Positions 51,022 to 64,000 of a DNA stretch of 64,000 nucleotides are shown here, one piece after another; the first letter of the stretch is position 1, and the number at the start of each line of letters is the position of its first letter. This DNA comes from Vicugna vicugna (lineage: Eukaryota), in NCBI GenBank assembly GCA_013265495.1, contig MU058584.1:6166407-6230406 (forward strand), written 5' to 3'. Under the pieces are notes generated by a model that saw only the letters and a program-made list of their open reading frames with translations, was not told the origin of the DNA and did no database searches. The translations under genes were made by a program, and so were the position numbers.

Positions 51022-52822
51022 AAACTGCCAACTCTCAAAGTTCCAGTCCTCCAATAATGCAAAATCATGGCTCTAGCTCATTATTTCAGCCTCTCCCCAA
51101 AACGTTTTACTGGGTTGAAGACTGACTCACTCCTCAGTTCGTTTTCTCCCATTGTAATACTTGGCTCAGTTGGTCCTCGACACATTTGTGAAAGGCATTT
51201 CTACAACTTCCCTCCTTCTCCCTCTGCTGCGTGGTCATATGCTGAACCCTGGGCGCCCAGCCTACCTCCCTTGACATACTGCCGGCTGCCTCTCCATGCT
51301 CCATGCTCAATACCAACCCACTCTGAGCTTAGCTCTCTCAAGAGCTTCTCCTTTTTCAGCTGTCTTCATGGAAAACAACAACAACAACAACTACTGAATC
51401 ATTTAGAAATTACCTTCAAGGATATAATACTTTGGGATTTATGCGCTCCTCTTTTTACCTATTCGACTGTAAGATCTTCCGCCTGGTGCTTCAATTGCAT
51501 TCATCCATCCGTTGACCTGGGGGTGAGATGAAAATTTGTTGCATAAGGAATTCAGTGAGAAAGATAGGAGCGTCAGCTTTCAACATTAGAAACAGATTCT
51601 GAACAATAGGCTGGAGAGCCAACCAGGCGTTATCAGGAAAGTTTTCTCCAGATCCCTTCATTGGTCCCTTCAGTTTATGAGCAACTTAGCCTGAAGGGCT
51701 TATGATCGGAGACCACTCCTCCAGCACAGAAGAGATAGCTCTTCTGCTGTGATGTTAGGCAGCTCCATGGCAGCAGAAGGGTGAAATGGATGAGCAGTAC
51801 AGGAAAAGCCAGCTCCTCGTTGGCCCAGGCATTGTGAGAAGGGAGAAGAAGGGGAAAGAGAGTGAAGCAGTGAAGCAGTCAGACACCTCTCTCCTCGTTT
51901 ACCATTAGGTTAACTGAAGGGAGCACCAAGAAGCAAGTTGGGATTAGAGAGAAGGCCACCTTAGCAACTGCTTTAAACCAAGCTGAGTCAGTCTCACCGA
52001 CCTGATAATGCAGCAGCCTTAGGCAGAGAAAGGCTCTGAGCGGTGCCTGGTCCCATGTGCATAGACAGATTTCAGAAAGAGTTGAGAATCCAGCTAAGAA
52101 ATGAAAGAGGGGTGAAATGCTTTTGTAGTGTGAGTTGCAGTGCAGACCTCTTAAACCAGGGCCTGATGATAGTCACAGCCATACCTCAGAGGGATCCCGA
52201 ACACCAGCAGGAGCTGTGGTGAGGCAGAGTCAGCCCAGGACCACCGCTGAGCCCCGCCAAGCCCGAGCTAAGACTGACTAGATGGCAAGACTGACCGAAG
52301 CTGTTGAGTGCCAGGAGGGCAGACAGCACCCGTGTCGATGAGGATGGTATCCCAGAGACAAAAGGAGGGCGCATGGATCCTGAGGAACCTGCTCTTCCTT
52401 TAGGGACCTTGAGGTCCCACAAGTCATCCTCCTCCTCCTCGTTTATTCACATCACTGTCTTTATGCAGGGGGAAGGAGACTTCCAAAGATAACGAGAATT
52501 TCAAACAAAAAGGTGTCGAATACTTCTAAAAGAGATTGTTTAAATTATTGGATCATACTGAATTTTAAATTTGACTGGATTCTTAGTACATTTTTCTCAC
52601 CTACCTTTTGAAGAACACCAGATTGTTTACTGATAAGATACTGACCCTTATATTTCTCTGCTTTTCTCGTTTGCAGTGTGTGAGTTAAATTTTGTGATTC
52701 TCGACACATAATGGCTGAAAATAGCTGCATAATTTGCCTTTTCTCTGTATATGAGTATTTTAATGGGTGATTCTACGAGGTCCAGCTTTGTAAATTGAAG
52801 GACTTAATTTTAACGTTTGGAA

Positions 52823-53041
52823 TAAGAGTTGGCAAACTACAGCCTGGAGACCAAATCCAGCCCAGTTTGTTTTTGTCGATAAAGTTTTATTGGAACACAG
52901 CCATGCTCATTTGTTATTATCTGTGGCTGCTTTCTTTTTGTTATGGCAGCAGAATTGAATAGTTGCAACCGAGTCTGTATGGCATCCAAAGCCAAAAATG
53001 TTTGTTATCTGGCTTTTTGTGAAAACATTTGCTGACCCCTG
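52823..53041. mobile_element. MER58A (hAT-Charlie)
   Basis: gagttggcaaactacagcc...aaagttttattggaacacagccatgctcatttg...tttgctgacccctg. Confidence 0.9.
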
Positions 53042-53799
53042 GTGTACAATAATATGCTTTTACTGAGCATCTTGTCCAATTCCCTTTTTTAGACAGATGA
53101 GGTCACTGAAATCCTGAGAGGTTAAGTGACATGTCCAAGATCACGTGAAAAGTTAGGGGAGGGGGTCAAGATCACAAACCATAGAATTTTAAACATGGTG
53201 AAAGGCTAGTGGGGAAATCTCTATAGAGTTGGGTTCCTTTGAAAAGCTTTGTCTTAAATAATATCCCTCTGATGATTATTACATGATTACTACAAACTAA
53301 ACTCACTAATAAACCCTAGAGGAAAATAAAAATAATCAATGAAAAATTTTTTTAGCCTGTGAAATCCCAGGGGTGTTGTAACAATGGAAGGACTCTCAGT
53401 TCAGTCAGTGCACCCCTGACCACACCTGAGACCTGCATTTTGCAACATTCATCTGTTCTCACTGTATGTTAGGTAAGTGAGTCTCAAAGGAGAGTCCAGT
53501 GTGTCAGGTTGCACAGTTTAAGGATTTGCAAGATAATCTTACATATTGGTTACTGGGATCCCAAATGAAATTCCAACTAGGAGGGTATCTCTAAACCCTG
53601 ATCTATTCTAAGGGACTGTCAGAGAAACAAGGGCTACGTAACCTCATGCTGCTTCCTCGTCGCTTGGAGAAACTGGGTCACTGAGGAACAGGACATAGAA
53701 TGATTGCCAGGTTGCTGCCTCTGTCTCCTTCCTCAGAAGAGTCCTCTCCACCTCCTCTCTCATTTCATCTCCTGATCTCATTCATATTCACTTTTCATC

Positions 53800-54590
53800 T
53801 CCTGCTTTTAGGAGCTGGCCTCGCCACTCTATTGAAATAGAAAGGGCTTTTCAGCGCTTACCTCACTTGACCTCTCTGAGACATCTGACATCACCGTCCA
53901 CACCCTTTGTAATGATGCTTTCTCCTCCCTTGGCTCATGCCCTGCTCATGTAATTCTCCTGACATGTTGCTTCTCCTCAGGCTCATCCTTCATCTGTCCC
54001 CACCCTCAGATGTCGACCTCCGGGTCCTAATCTCTATTCTTCTTCTTCTTCTTCTTTTTTTTTTTTCCTTATTCTTGTATATATTCACCTGGGAAATCTC
54101 CTGTATGGTCATGGCTTCAACTGCTAGTTAACTGGAGTCATCTCCCAAGTCTGTTTCTGGCCCACATCTCCCTTCTAAATGAGAATTCATATCTATTTGT
54201 CCACAGAACATTTTCTCTGGATTTCCCTCAGTTTGACTTTCTCAAACTCAGAAACTCCAAAGCTGAAACCATAATCTTTCCCCTGGACCTGATAGCGTCC
54301 CTGATATTTTTAAATGTATCACCTGTCTTCTCAAAACCCTTCAGTGGCTCCCTGGAGCTACACGGAATCAAGTTCCTAAATTTCGTAAAGCCGTCCATGA
54401 CCCGGCTCCTGCCAGCTCCCCTCTTACTTGACCTCTGCTCTTCCCACTCCTGATGTTCCCTGTTCCTCCTTCCTGTGTTATTTTTCTATTCCTTTGCTCT
54501 AGTTGGAATCACTTCCCCTTTGTCAATTCAATGAGTATCTACACAATTTCCAAGATTCAGTTCAAGCCCTGCTTTCTCTACCATCATCCA
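53800..54590 (+). mobile_element. L2 fragment
   Basis: ttacctcacttgacctctctgagacatctgacatc...ctcaaaacccttcagtggctccc. Confidence 0.7.
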
Positions 54591-54969
54591 ACAAGACACA
54601 GGACTCTAGAAAAAAGAAGTCCTTACTTTCTTATCTCTGCACCTCTGTGGGTCCTAGAATTCATCACCCTGATGGAATAACTTTGTGGTAGCAACTTGCT
54701 CCTAGCTGGGCAAGACTTTAGCTAGCTGCAGTTTGTTGCAGAATTTTCCAGTTCCCCCACCCATCTGGGACTATCTTACTGGCCTCACTTTAGTAGCCAC
54801 GGGGCCAAGTGAGTGGTAATTCTTGGAGTAATTTAGTCAGAGTACTGTCAGTGAAAATTCTTCTAGAGAAAACAAAGCAATATTGAAAGTTAGGATAACC
54901 TTGCTAAGGGCAGGGTGGAGCACTTTATCCAGCATTTAGTACATTAGAAAGAGGAAGCCCAATGGGATT

Positions 54970-55240
54970 AAAGAATATGGATTCTGAAGTCAGGGGGCCT
55001 AGTCTGAAGTCTGGCTCGGCTATTGCCTAACTTTGTAACACTGGCAAGTTTCTTTGCCTCTCAGTGCCTCAGTTTCTTCACCTGTAAAATGGGGATGGTA
55101 ATCATAGTATCTTCCAGATAGGATGGTGGTGAGGGATATATTTATATATGTGAATGTACAGAGGTGTGTGTGTGTGTAAATACTTTAGCACATACGTGCT
55201 ACCTAGAATGGTGCTTGGTGTTTAAAGTACTACTGTTACT
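54970..55240 (+). mobile_element. MIR SINE
   Basis: ggcaagtttctttgcctctcagtgcctcagtttcttcacctgtaaaatggggatggtaat. Confidence 0.85.
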
Positions 55241-56099
55241 GTTTTTTGTCAGATGACTAAGGGGAAAAGCAAGATTCAGTAGCCACGAGAAAGGTCACTT
55301 TTAACTAGGGAGCTGAGCAGCCTTCCTCTTTTACACCAGTAAAAACAACCACCAAAACTCTCAAATCTCCAATTAAACCGCTTGCTGAATAACAAGTTTA
55401 TACATCTTGTGTTTTCCAGCCTATTATACTAAGCAAACAACTTTCACTTACTCTTATATTAGGTAGCAGTAAAAACAAGAATGATCAGGCTTTTGAACAT
55501 GCACTTCTTGATTTTATGTGCAAGCACTTTAATGCATATCTCCGTAAACAGAGCAAGCAATTATAGAGACTTCGAACACCAGGGAGCCCTGTTAATATGA
55601 ACTTTTGTGCACCTCAGTGTATGTGATCTCCACGGCATTTGGTTCTCACAACAATCCAATCCCAAGAAGTAGGAGGTGCAGGTATGAGTGTCCTCATTTT
55701 ATGCACAAGAAAACAATCAGAAAGTAACACAGGAATGCTGTGTTTTCTAATTCCCTATCAGAATGCACATTTTAGTGTTCTTTTTTTCTTGTTTTTAAAG
55801 CATTTTATATGCTTGGTATTAAAAAAAAAAGTTAGGCTGTGTTGAACCCTAGAGACTCTGCATGCATAGCGGACCTGAAAGCCCTTTGGATAACTTTTCC
55901 CATGGTTGAGGAATTCCCTAAGATAATTCTTATGTCTTCATTCTTACTGATGGTGATCAAGGAACCTAGTGGTGCAAAAGAAACTCAGGACAGCCAGGGA
56001 GATAACAAGAAGTAGAAAATAGTTTAACGAAGAAAATAGACACTATGTATTTGTGCATCCTTCTGTAGTCAATGCTTTATCGTGTGCTATCATTGCACC

Positions 56100-57252
56100 C
56101 ATCTATTTTTCTCTATTTCTAGCACCACCAACTACTCTGGTCCATGCTACCATGATTTTTTGCCTGGATTGCTCTAATATCCTCCTAACTGATATCCCTA
56201 CAACCACTCGATACTTTCCACATCTGTTATCCAATTTGTAGCCAGAGTCATCTTTTCAAAATACAAATCTGGTCACATCACTCATTTCTGCTTAAATCCC
56301 CTTATTGGATTTCCACTGGTCTTAAGATAAAACCAAAAGTCTTTGACAAGGCTTCTAAGACCCTGTATCCCCTGGCTCCCCCTGCTCTTGGTAGACATTG
56401 CAAGTTGTTAATAATGCCCATTTCTCTTCTCCTGTGACACAGATGGTTTCCATTTCCCAGACTCCCTGACTGAGGGGTGACCACATGACTGAGCTTGGCT
56501 GATGGAATGAAACTGAAAAGGGTACACTGCTGCTTTCAGGCCTGGCCCCATAAAAAGCCTCCCATGTGTGCTATTCATGATCCTACCAGGTGACTGGGGT
56601 GGCGATACTCATGACGACTTTGAAAGCCACATGTTGAAGATGATAGCGTAGTATCAACATAGAATGAATCTCTGACAGTGGCTTCTCCAGGATCCCTCAT
56701 CGCCGCTCCTGTCCTGGAATTGCAGGGAGGAAGGGAGCGTGGTGAGTACTGGAAGATCTATTCAGCTGATGTGCAGAGGGCGGCGTGGGCAGTATGGGGG
56801 TAGGTGAGGCAGAAGATGTAAGGTATCAGTTACAGTAGACCAGTCTGCAGCAACAATCAGACCCAAACATGTAATGACTCAAAACCGTAAACGTTTATTT
56901 CTCTCTCATATAACATTTGAAGGCAATTCCTGAGTAATGTGCATGGGTACCTATCATGAAAACTTCCTGTTCATCCTTCACATCTTAGCTCAGGTCATAC
57001 TAGTTCATGAAAGTCCTTTCTGTACTCAAGTCCCCCTGCTACAGGTGTAGCCCTCTGTGTACTGCTCCTTCATAGATGTTGTGATGACTACAACTTTATA
57101 TTTGTTTTTCTGTGCTTATTTAGTTACTTTATGTCCCTTTGCTAGAGTCTAGACTCCGTGAGAGTGGAGCCAGTGTCTGTTTTTGTTCCTTCAGCATCCA
57201 CACAGTGCCTTGACATACAGCCAATCAATAATTGTTGATGAATGAATGAATC
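56100..57252 (+). mobile_element. L2 fragments interleaved with LTR fragments
   Basis: gccagagtcatcttttcaaaatacaaatctggtcacatcact and the L2 terminus ttgttgatgaatgaatgaa at about 57235-57250. MaLR/ERVL-like pieces at about 56420-56920. Confidence 0.6.
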
Positions 57253-57700
57253 AGGTTGTTAGTTTGTATCATTAAGAAAAAAATGTAACATTTAAAAGGA
57301 CAATTGATAGCTCCAAGTTATGGTGCAAACTTTTTTTCCCTCAACATTAAATGTTATTTTGCTACTTTGCTTTTAAGTGTTTTTAATAATGGCTGACGTA
57401 CTTGAAGATCATAATCTCAAGGGGACACAGGGCTTGGTGTACAGATCTTGCTGTGCCAGCCCTCCAGGCAGCTGCCCTGGTTTAGCTTATTTGTCTTAAA
57501 CATTTTTGCTTTCCCTGATGGTTGGTAACTACATACAGCTACTGGATTTTTTTTTAACCAAAGAAACTTCTGGTTGGGGGAAAAAAAAACAGTGGAAAAT
57601 TAAATAGATAAAGAGTAAGTTATATTCTGAATATAACTTTGTATGGTGAAAAAAAAAAGAGCATGGACTTGAAGTAGATCTGAGCACTTGATTTCTAATT

Positions 57701-57836
57701 TAGGGTTGCCAGATATATAAGTACATCCCATGCGATATTTAGGACATGACTTATTCTACAACAGCTATTTCTTGTTTATCTGAAATTCAAGTTTAGTTGG
57801 GGTATCCTAATTTTATTTGTTAAATCTAGTATCCTA
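57701..57836. mobile_element. MER53 (internally deleted) inserted in a MIR (~57640-57990)
   Basis: tagggttgccagat...catcccatgcgatatttaggacat...tttatctgaaattcaagttt...atccta. Flanking near-repeat tttcta(a/g)t. Confidence 0.85.
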
Positions 57837-58039
57837 TTTCTAGTTTTGCCATTTACTAGATTCTTCACGGTAGACAGGAATTTTACCTTGAGAGGATTAA
57901 AGGAGATTTACCATTTGAAATGCGTGGTACAGTGTCAGGCACTATGTGCTGACATTTAGCACTCAAAAGGATTTATTCTCATTATTAGTACATGTAAGAA
58001 TAAAAGGTACTATTTATTGCAATAAGATTCTATTACTTG

Positions 58040-58280
58040 CGATAATAAGTACTACTATTTCTTGTGTGTCCTACAATATACAAGGTATTGTTCAAAGCCC
58101 TTCAGTGTATTATTCCAGTCACTTCTTCCAATGGTCCTTGAAAAGGTATTGCATTATCTCCACTTTACAAATGAGACGCAGACAGTTGGGATCACCGCCC
58201 CGTGGTGGTGACTGCAGTCAGTAGTGGTGGAGACTGCATCAGATCCAGCTGGTTCCAGGGCCGGCTTTCCCCATCACCAC
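58040..58280 (-). mobile_element. MIR SINE
   Basis: attatctccactttacaaatgagacgcagacag core. Confidence 0.6.
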
Positions 58281-61200
58281 ACCCTGATTCCTGCATGTTA
58301 CAAATGAGGCTGGGCCCATTTATGGATGAGCATTCTTTCATATTTAACAGAACTGCGTTCCCTTAGCCCCTCTGTACCCCAGGGAATTGATTCTGCTGCC
58401 CACCTGGTAAATCAACCATCCATTTTGCACCACGAGCTCATTTTACAGAAATCTAAATACACTTTACTAGATTGACATGTTAACACTAAAAGAAAAAAAG
58501 CCCCCTGTTTGCCTTTTTGTTGGGGCAACCCTTTGGTTTTATAGGCTTGTTTGAGTAAGTCATTATTCTGGTAATGCCAAGGCCTCCTTTATTGAGCTGT
58601 AAATGCATCGCGGACAACTCGGAATAACAAACAGCCTTTTCCTTTGAGCCTAGCAGGCAAACGCCCGTTTAGCTAGACGTGAGTTGGCTGGTCTGCCCTT
58701 GCAGGTTTCTCTTTCTCTGGAAACCTCCTATGGAACCATGTGAAGGGGGGAAAGAGGATCAGATCATTGGGATCTTTAAGATGGTTATTATGAAAAATGT
58801 TCTGGAACCAATTCAAATACCAATCAGAAACCACATTGTTCAGCTAAATCACTTTCAGATGCCACCTAAGATACAAAATACAATTATTTCCAGTTTAAAA
58901 ATATAATGTTCCTTTAAAAAAACACAGTATTTTATTTTATTATTTAAAAAAAAAACCAACCAAAAAACCTGCCTTGGCTGGAATTCAGGCCCGTCACACA
59001 TGACGTACAGACAAGCTTTGTGCAGGTCCCTTTGGATCCGGGGCCCGTAGACCTCATGGTAACGTATTTAAAAGTTTCTTAAAATGGATGTGACGGCTGT
59101 TTTCTTTGTGTATTACAGAAATATACAGAGTTCAGAGGCTCCGTGGCTGCACTTTGGGCATGTGTGTCATTAGAGGAATGAAAAAAAGATGATGGCCCAA
59201 TGCGGTATTAAAATCCCATTAGAAACGCTGGGAAGAATTTACAGCCCCAATCTCTTTTATCTGACAGGCATCAGTTTGGTGAAACAGTTTTCCTTTTTGC
59301 CACTTTCTTCTTTTCTTTCTTTCTTCCCTTCCTTTCCCTTTCCCTTCCCTTCCTTTTGTTATTTCTTCAAGTTCTCTACTTGGCCACAGAACGTCTGGCT
59401 GTTGTCTTGACCACTAGAAAGGCAATATTATCATGTTTCTGTCAATATTTGTCCTCCTTTACTGTCTCTCCCATCAGGCGGCCATGTGGGGGAAGCTCAT
59501 TCATCCTTTTCCCAGATAGACTTTTCTCTTTAGCTGAGGATTCATTAAATCCATGAATGTTTATCTGAGCCGTCATCACTGTGATGAGAAGCAAGGGGGT
59601 TAACACACCATGTGACCTCAGGAATGATTTCTGTTACAGCAGCTCCCATATGATCCATCAGACTCTGAGCATGAATTTTAATGGACTCAGAACCGCTTCT
59701 CCAGCCCGGGGCGGGGGGGCCAGAGGTCACTGGCTTTCAGAGCAAATCTTCCATAAACTGTCAAGAGAGGTGTGGATTTTTGTCCCTCTTCAGATCTGTA
59801 GGGCATGCCGTCACTCTCTGTGGAGCAGAAGGGAAATGCCAGACCATTACTCCTTTGAGTATAGAGTTACTTAGAGAGTAACACGGAAAACTCAGCCCAC
59901 AAAGAGCTGCTATGGGGTCTAACAAGAGGAGCAGTAAGAGCCAGGTGTGGTTCTGGTCCCGCGTTGCCACTTACAGGCTGTGTGGACATCAGCAAGTTCT
60001 TATCTCTCTAGGTCCAGTTCACTGATCTCAAAACAAGGGCTGGCTCTGAAATTCTCTAGTTCTGTGAAATCAACCCACCTGGGATTGGAGGGGGGGATAA
60101 CTCTTGCTATGAGATATTTTAACCAATGATACACAGTAGCCACAGTAGTACCCACCCTCCCACCCTGAGAACCTCCCACCACCAAAGAGTTTAGTAGTGA
60201 GGGAGAGGTAAGTAATTCCATACTTCGGGAACTCAAAGTCACTGATCACACATTAGTTCACTTATCTAACATCGCGTTCATCTCTGTTTACCAGCCTAAA
60301 AGCCACGTGAGGACCAGAATGGTGCCTGTATCCTCACCTCTGTGCCTGTTGAGTGTGGGAATAAAAGTGCAAAAAGTCGGTAGTACTTGTGGTCAAGAAA
60401 GCGAAGGAGGAGGAAAAATGCAAAAGATAGGCAGAAAACTGAGAGTACACCAGCACAGAAAGTACACTCAGGAAGCATCTGAGGAAGAGCAAGTAGCGAC
60501 CAGTGTTGAACGTCACAGGTGGGCAAAGGGAGAGGCTGAACAGAACGCCCTTCAACTCGGGGGTATATCCAGTCATTCTACGGAGAGGGAAAGAATTGCT
60601 CTGTTGTCACTTCACCCTGCAACTTTTTTTTTGAGTGCTGATTTTTATTAAGGGTTTATAGTGACCCAAGCATTACTGAATACATGTGGCATATTTACTC
60701 ATTAAATTATCACGCAAATCCTGCCAGGTAGATCTGTTGTAAGTCTGTTTCATACATGGTGGATCTGAGGCACCCAGCACTGTGGTTATATGTCCAAGTT
60801 AATGTATTAGGAAAGAGTCAAATAAAAGCGTTGGGTAGAGATAGTGAATGAATAGTGCCATTTATAAGTGATCCCTGTGACTTAGGAGACTAAATATTGT
60901 GACCCGCTAGTTCTGTGAGCAGGACACCTTGCAACTTTTATCTAAGGAAGTTAAAGTTCTTTACTTGCTTATGATCTCTAGAAAACAGGAAGACAACACT
61001 GTCATTTAAGGTTGAATAAACTGAGTAAATTTTGAAGAAGTTAATCTTTCACTAAATGCCACACAGCAACAGAAGATGTGTCAAGACTATATGCCCAAGT
61101 TTTTGGATCCCACACTCTCCAGACAATATTGTACATTTTACTTCTTAATATTATAGGATAGATTAGTTAGTGGAAAGGGGCAGAGTGGTCTAGAAGCTGG

Positions 61201-61440
61201 CAGAAGTGTACTTTGAGGCTGAGAAGACTGTTACACACGTCACCACAGGCTGGCTTCTCACTACAGCCTTGAATCAAACGAAAGGAAGAATTTGAACTAC
61301 TTGGTAGTAAGAATTACTGGCAAAAATAGCTGAAGGTAAGAATGAGCAATAGGTGAAAAATGGGAAATGAGAACATTTGATTATTACGTTTAAATGACTC
61401 AACAGAGCGCTCTGTATCTATAAGAAGGACTATGACGATT

Positions 61441-61499
61441 AAGATTTAATATTACAAACTTGATAAAAAAAGTTTAAAAAAAAGATTTAATATTACAAA
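61441..61499 (+). mobile_element. 23-nt A-tailed micro-insertion with 18-bp TSD
   Basis: aagatttaatattacaaa [cttgataaaaaaagtttaaaaaa] aagatttaatattacaaa. Confidence 0.8.
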
Positions 61500-62449
61500 T
61501 TACAGACCCAGCTCCAAAACAGAGAAAGAAAACGGTCTTAAGCCATTTAGATAATTTAATGTCAGTTTTAAAGAATAATAGAACTCATTCTGTGAAAGAA
61601 AATTGGAAATACCCAAAGAGTAAGAAAATCATGAGCCAGAAAGAATATGCATTTTTGCAGGAAAATTATGCCAAGGAGATTATATTATTTTTTTGAGAAT
61701 AAATTCATATTATTAGTGGAGAAAAGGAAAAATGGAATTTGTTAGAATTTTTATAGACTATTTGGTTCAGAAATTGCAAAATTACATTTTTAGTCTATTT
61801 TGAAAGTTAGTTTCCATTGGCATACATTATATTTCAAAGGCTGCTGCTAGAAGAAACAAGAAGGGAAAAAATCAAGGTGTTGGAGTTTGGAAAGCAATAT
61901 GGTTTACATCTCTTTCTTATAAACATTTTTACTGCTTCTCTGAAACAAACAAAAAATAGAACATTAATGAAATTGGCACTTAAATCCTTAGTTTGAGAGT
62001 GTTAGTGAACTCTAAAAAGTGACATAATTGAGACAAAATCATTTCTCTCCTTTCCTTGGGTTCGTGAAAGGTCAGAGGAAACAAATTTACTCATTCATTT
62101 ATTTAGTTATTTTATAATTAAAGTATTTCTATTTTATGAAATATTGATATTTGATTATACCAACTAATACTTATTAGGACCCTGATATAAATGCTACTGT
62201 AAAAGTAAATAAATTATTAGAGTAATGTCTACCTAGGAGAAGAATTTGACGTGGTATAGCCAGTTAAGAGTCAGTTGTGAGCCTTGTTTGAAGATCTCTC
62301 ATTACAAGGCATAAGACTGGAAGCCAGCATCTGTATGACCACTTGTAGAGCAAAGCTAATTGCTGTGTTCCTTTTCAGCTACCCAGTGATTAAGCTCCAT
62401 CTTCAAATGCCCATTAGCTCTTGAGGATATTTAGCAGGAACAAAATGTC

Positions 62450-62712
62450 TGTGACATGCTAAGAAGAAAAATAAAACAGGGTAAGGGGACAAAGAGTTAG
62501 GGGGTAGGGGCCCTCAGATAAGGTGATATTTGAACAGAGATCTTTAATTGGAGCGAAGGAGTGAGCCTTGTGAAAACCTAGGGGACAGTGTCCTGGGCAG
62601 AGAGAGCAACCTGGTCAAAGGCTTTGAGACTGGAGTGGGCTTGGTGTGTTTCAGAAACAGAGTGGAAGCCAGCATGGCTGGAGCTGGTTGAGCCAGAAAC
62701 AGGTAAAAGATA
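62450..62712 (-). mobile_element. L2 fragment
   Basis: cagataaggtgatatttgaacagagatct...gtgtcctgggcagagagagcaac...caaaggctttgag. Confidence 0.8.
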
Positions 62713-64000
62713 AGAGAAATAATCCTAGTTTCCTTTCCTATCCAATTAAGATGTTTTTACTTTCTCTACTCAGTTGTTGTGAGCACTTAAAGTTTGAGCA
62801 CAGCGTTTGTAAAGTGATTACTAGACTGTTTCTCACATACTAAGTACTGATGGTAGCACTGTGGGGTGGGCGTCACAAACTCCACGTTTGCTCCAAACTC
62901 CTCCTCCATCCTTCCAATAGCTCCAGCAAAAAATTCATATTATTCAAAAAGACAAAATAAATATTTTATTTTAAAATTACAGCCTAATTTCTAATTGAGT
63001 GAATTTTCTTGACTCTGTTAGCGATGATTTTCTTCAGCCCCAAATTAGTTTCTAGACTTTCTGGTTTATTCCATTTTGATTTGTGTGGTCAGGCATCATC
63101 CTCTCCCTAACCTCCCATTATTTCTCTGGATCCGTGTTCTGACTCTGGCCGACCTAATCACTCTAACATAAAGAACTCTTGCAGATTTTTAAGGAAGTTT
63201 TTCACATATAGAAAGTAATAAAAAGTATTAATTTCCTTTTCAGATTATTTAAATGGATCATAAAACAGCCTAATTTACTGAGCTTACGTTTCCTTGTGTC
63301 CCAAACCATCAAGAGAGGGTGTATGGTCTGGGGGTACTGACGCATTTATGCACACTGGTGGTCTGAAGGTTTAATGTCTCTTCCTGGAGTAATTAATTTA
63401 AAGCAGGGCAAGACTGAAACAACATTATTATTTCATTTCAAGTGCATCTGGAAATTCAGAGACTGAGCCCTTGTTTAGCTCTGTTGAAGAAGAAGAAATA
63501 CATGTTCATAAGGTTGACCTATTATTAGAGCATTTCTGCAATTGCCCCTCCCAACCCCATACTCAGGAGGCAAAGCTCATGGTGTCACTTTGAACAGGGG
63601 ACAGGAGGGAGCATTGTCATTTGTGTTTTGTTGGTGAGGTGTGGACTCAGAGAGCAGAGCAAATGGGGTTTAGAGAAGCATGAAGCGTCTACAAGTTGAG
63701 AAATTAAACAAAAGCTGAGGATTTACTTTAAAATAGGAAAGAAATTCCCTCACGTAACTTTTAAAGATGGACCATATTACAAACACTACAAAATCAAGAA
63801 AAAGAGCATACTCTTTTTAAATAATTGACTGCCTGCCACACCACTATGTTTTCTTCATATTTTTTTTGACGGCATACTCTTTCATTGCCTTTTCATATTA
63901 AAATGATTTTATAACATTTTCTACAGAAAAAATAGAAAAATATCTGTCTCTCTTTTTAGCTTAGTTGACTGAAACTTTTTTTTTGTTATGCCTGGTTTGC

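Noticed and set aside
51067..51531. 154-aa ORF with a poly-Q stretch
   Set aside because: The poly-Q comes from a (CAA)n simple repeat and I recognise no homology.
43360..51883. Shared 15-mer agtgaagcagtcaga at about 43360 and 51869
   Set aside because: One 15-bp match among all position pairs in 64 kb is compatible with chance, and there is no flanking similarity.
52150..52450. GC-richer stretch with short ORFs, possible processed pseudogene
   Set aside because: No recognisable parent protein, poly(A) tail or TSD. More likely an old LTR/ERV remnant, which I cannot classify without a search.

Overview
Mammalian genomic DNA, most likely a camelid (alpaca/llama/camel), inferred from the tRNA-derived Vic-1-type SINEs and artiodactyl-type L1 3' ends. 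There is one protein-coding gene, NTMT2 (METTL11B, N-terminal Xaa-Pro-Lys methyltransferase 2), on the + strand. Its four coding exons (6618-6771, 17105-17280, 22405-22654, 23454-23725) have GT-AG introns and join into an intact 852-nt, 283-aa ORF. The rest is intron and about 38 kb of gene-free downstream DNA dominated by interspersed repeats (L1, L2, MIR, MaLR/ERV LTRs, hAT MITEs, SINEs), with microsatellites and a 61-N gap. I see no new multi-gene system. The most unusual signals are small-scale: (1) a perfect 48-bp copy of intron 2 inserted 3.45 kb downstream between 15-bp direct repeats with junction microhomology; (2) a TSD-flanked L1 in which a 93-nt 5'-end-like segment is joined directly to the ORF2 tail/3'UTR; (3) a 23-nt TSD-flanked micro-retroinsertion; (4) a two-unit SINE inside one TSD; (5) an apparent single-arm orthologue of the human miR-3119 hairpin; (6) an orphan CpG/E2F/ETS/ARE motif cluster. 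Repeat family names and comparisons to human sequences are from memory, not from database searches. Repeat boundaries are approximate unless a TSD is quoted.
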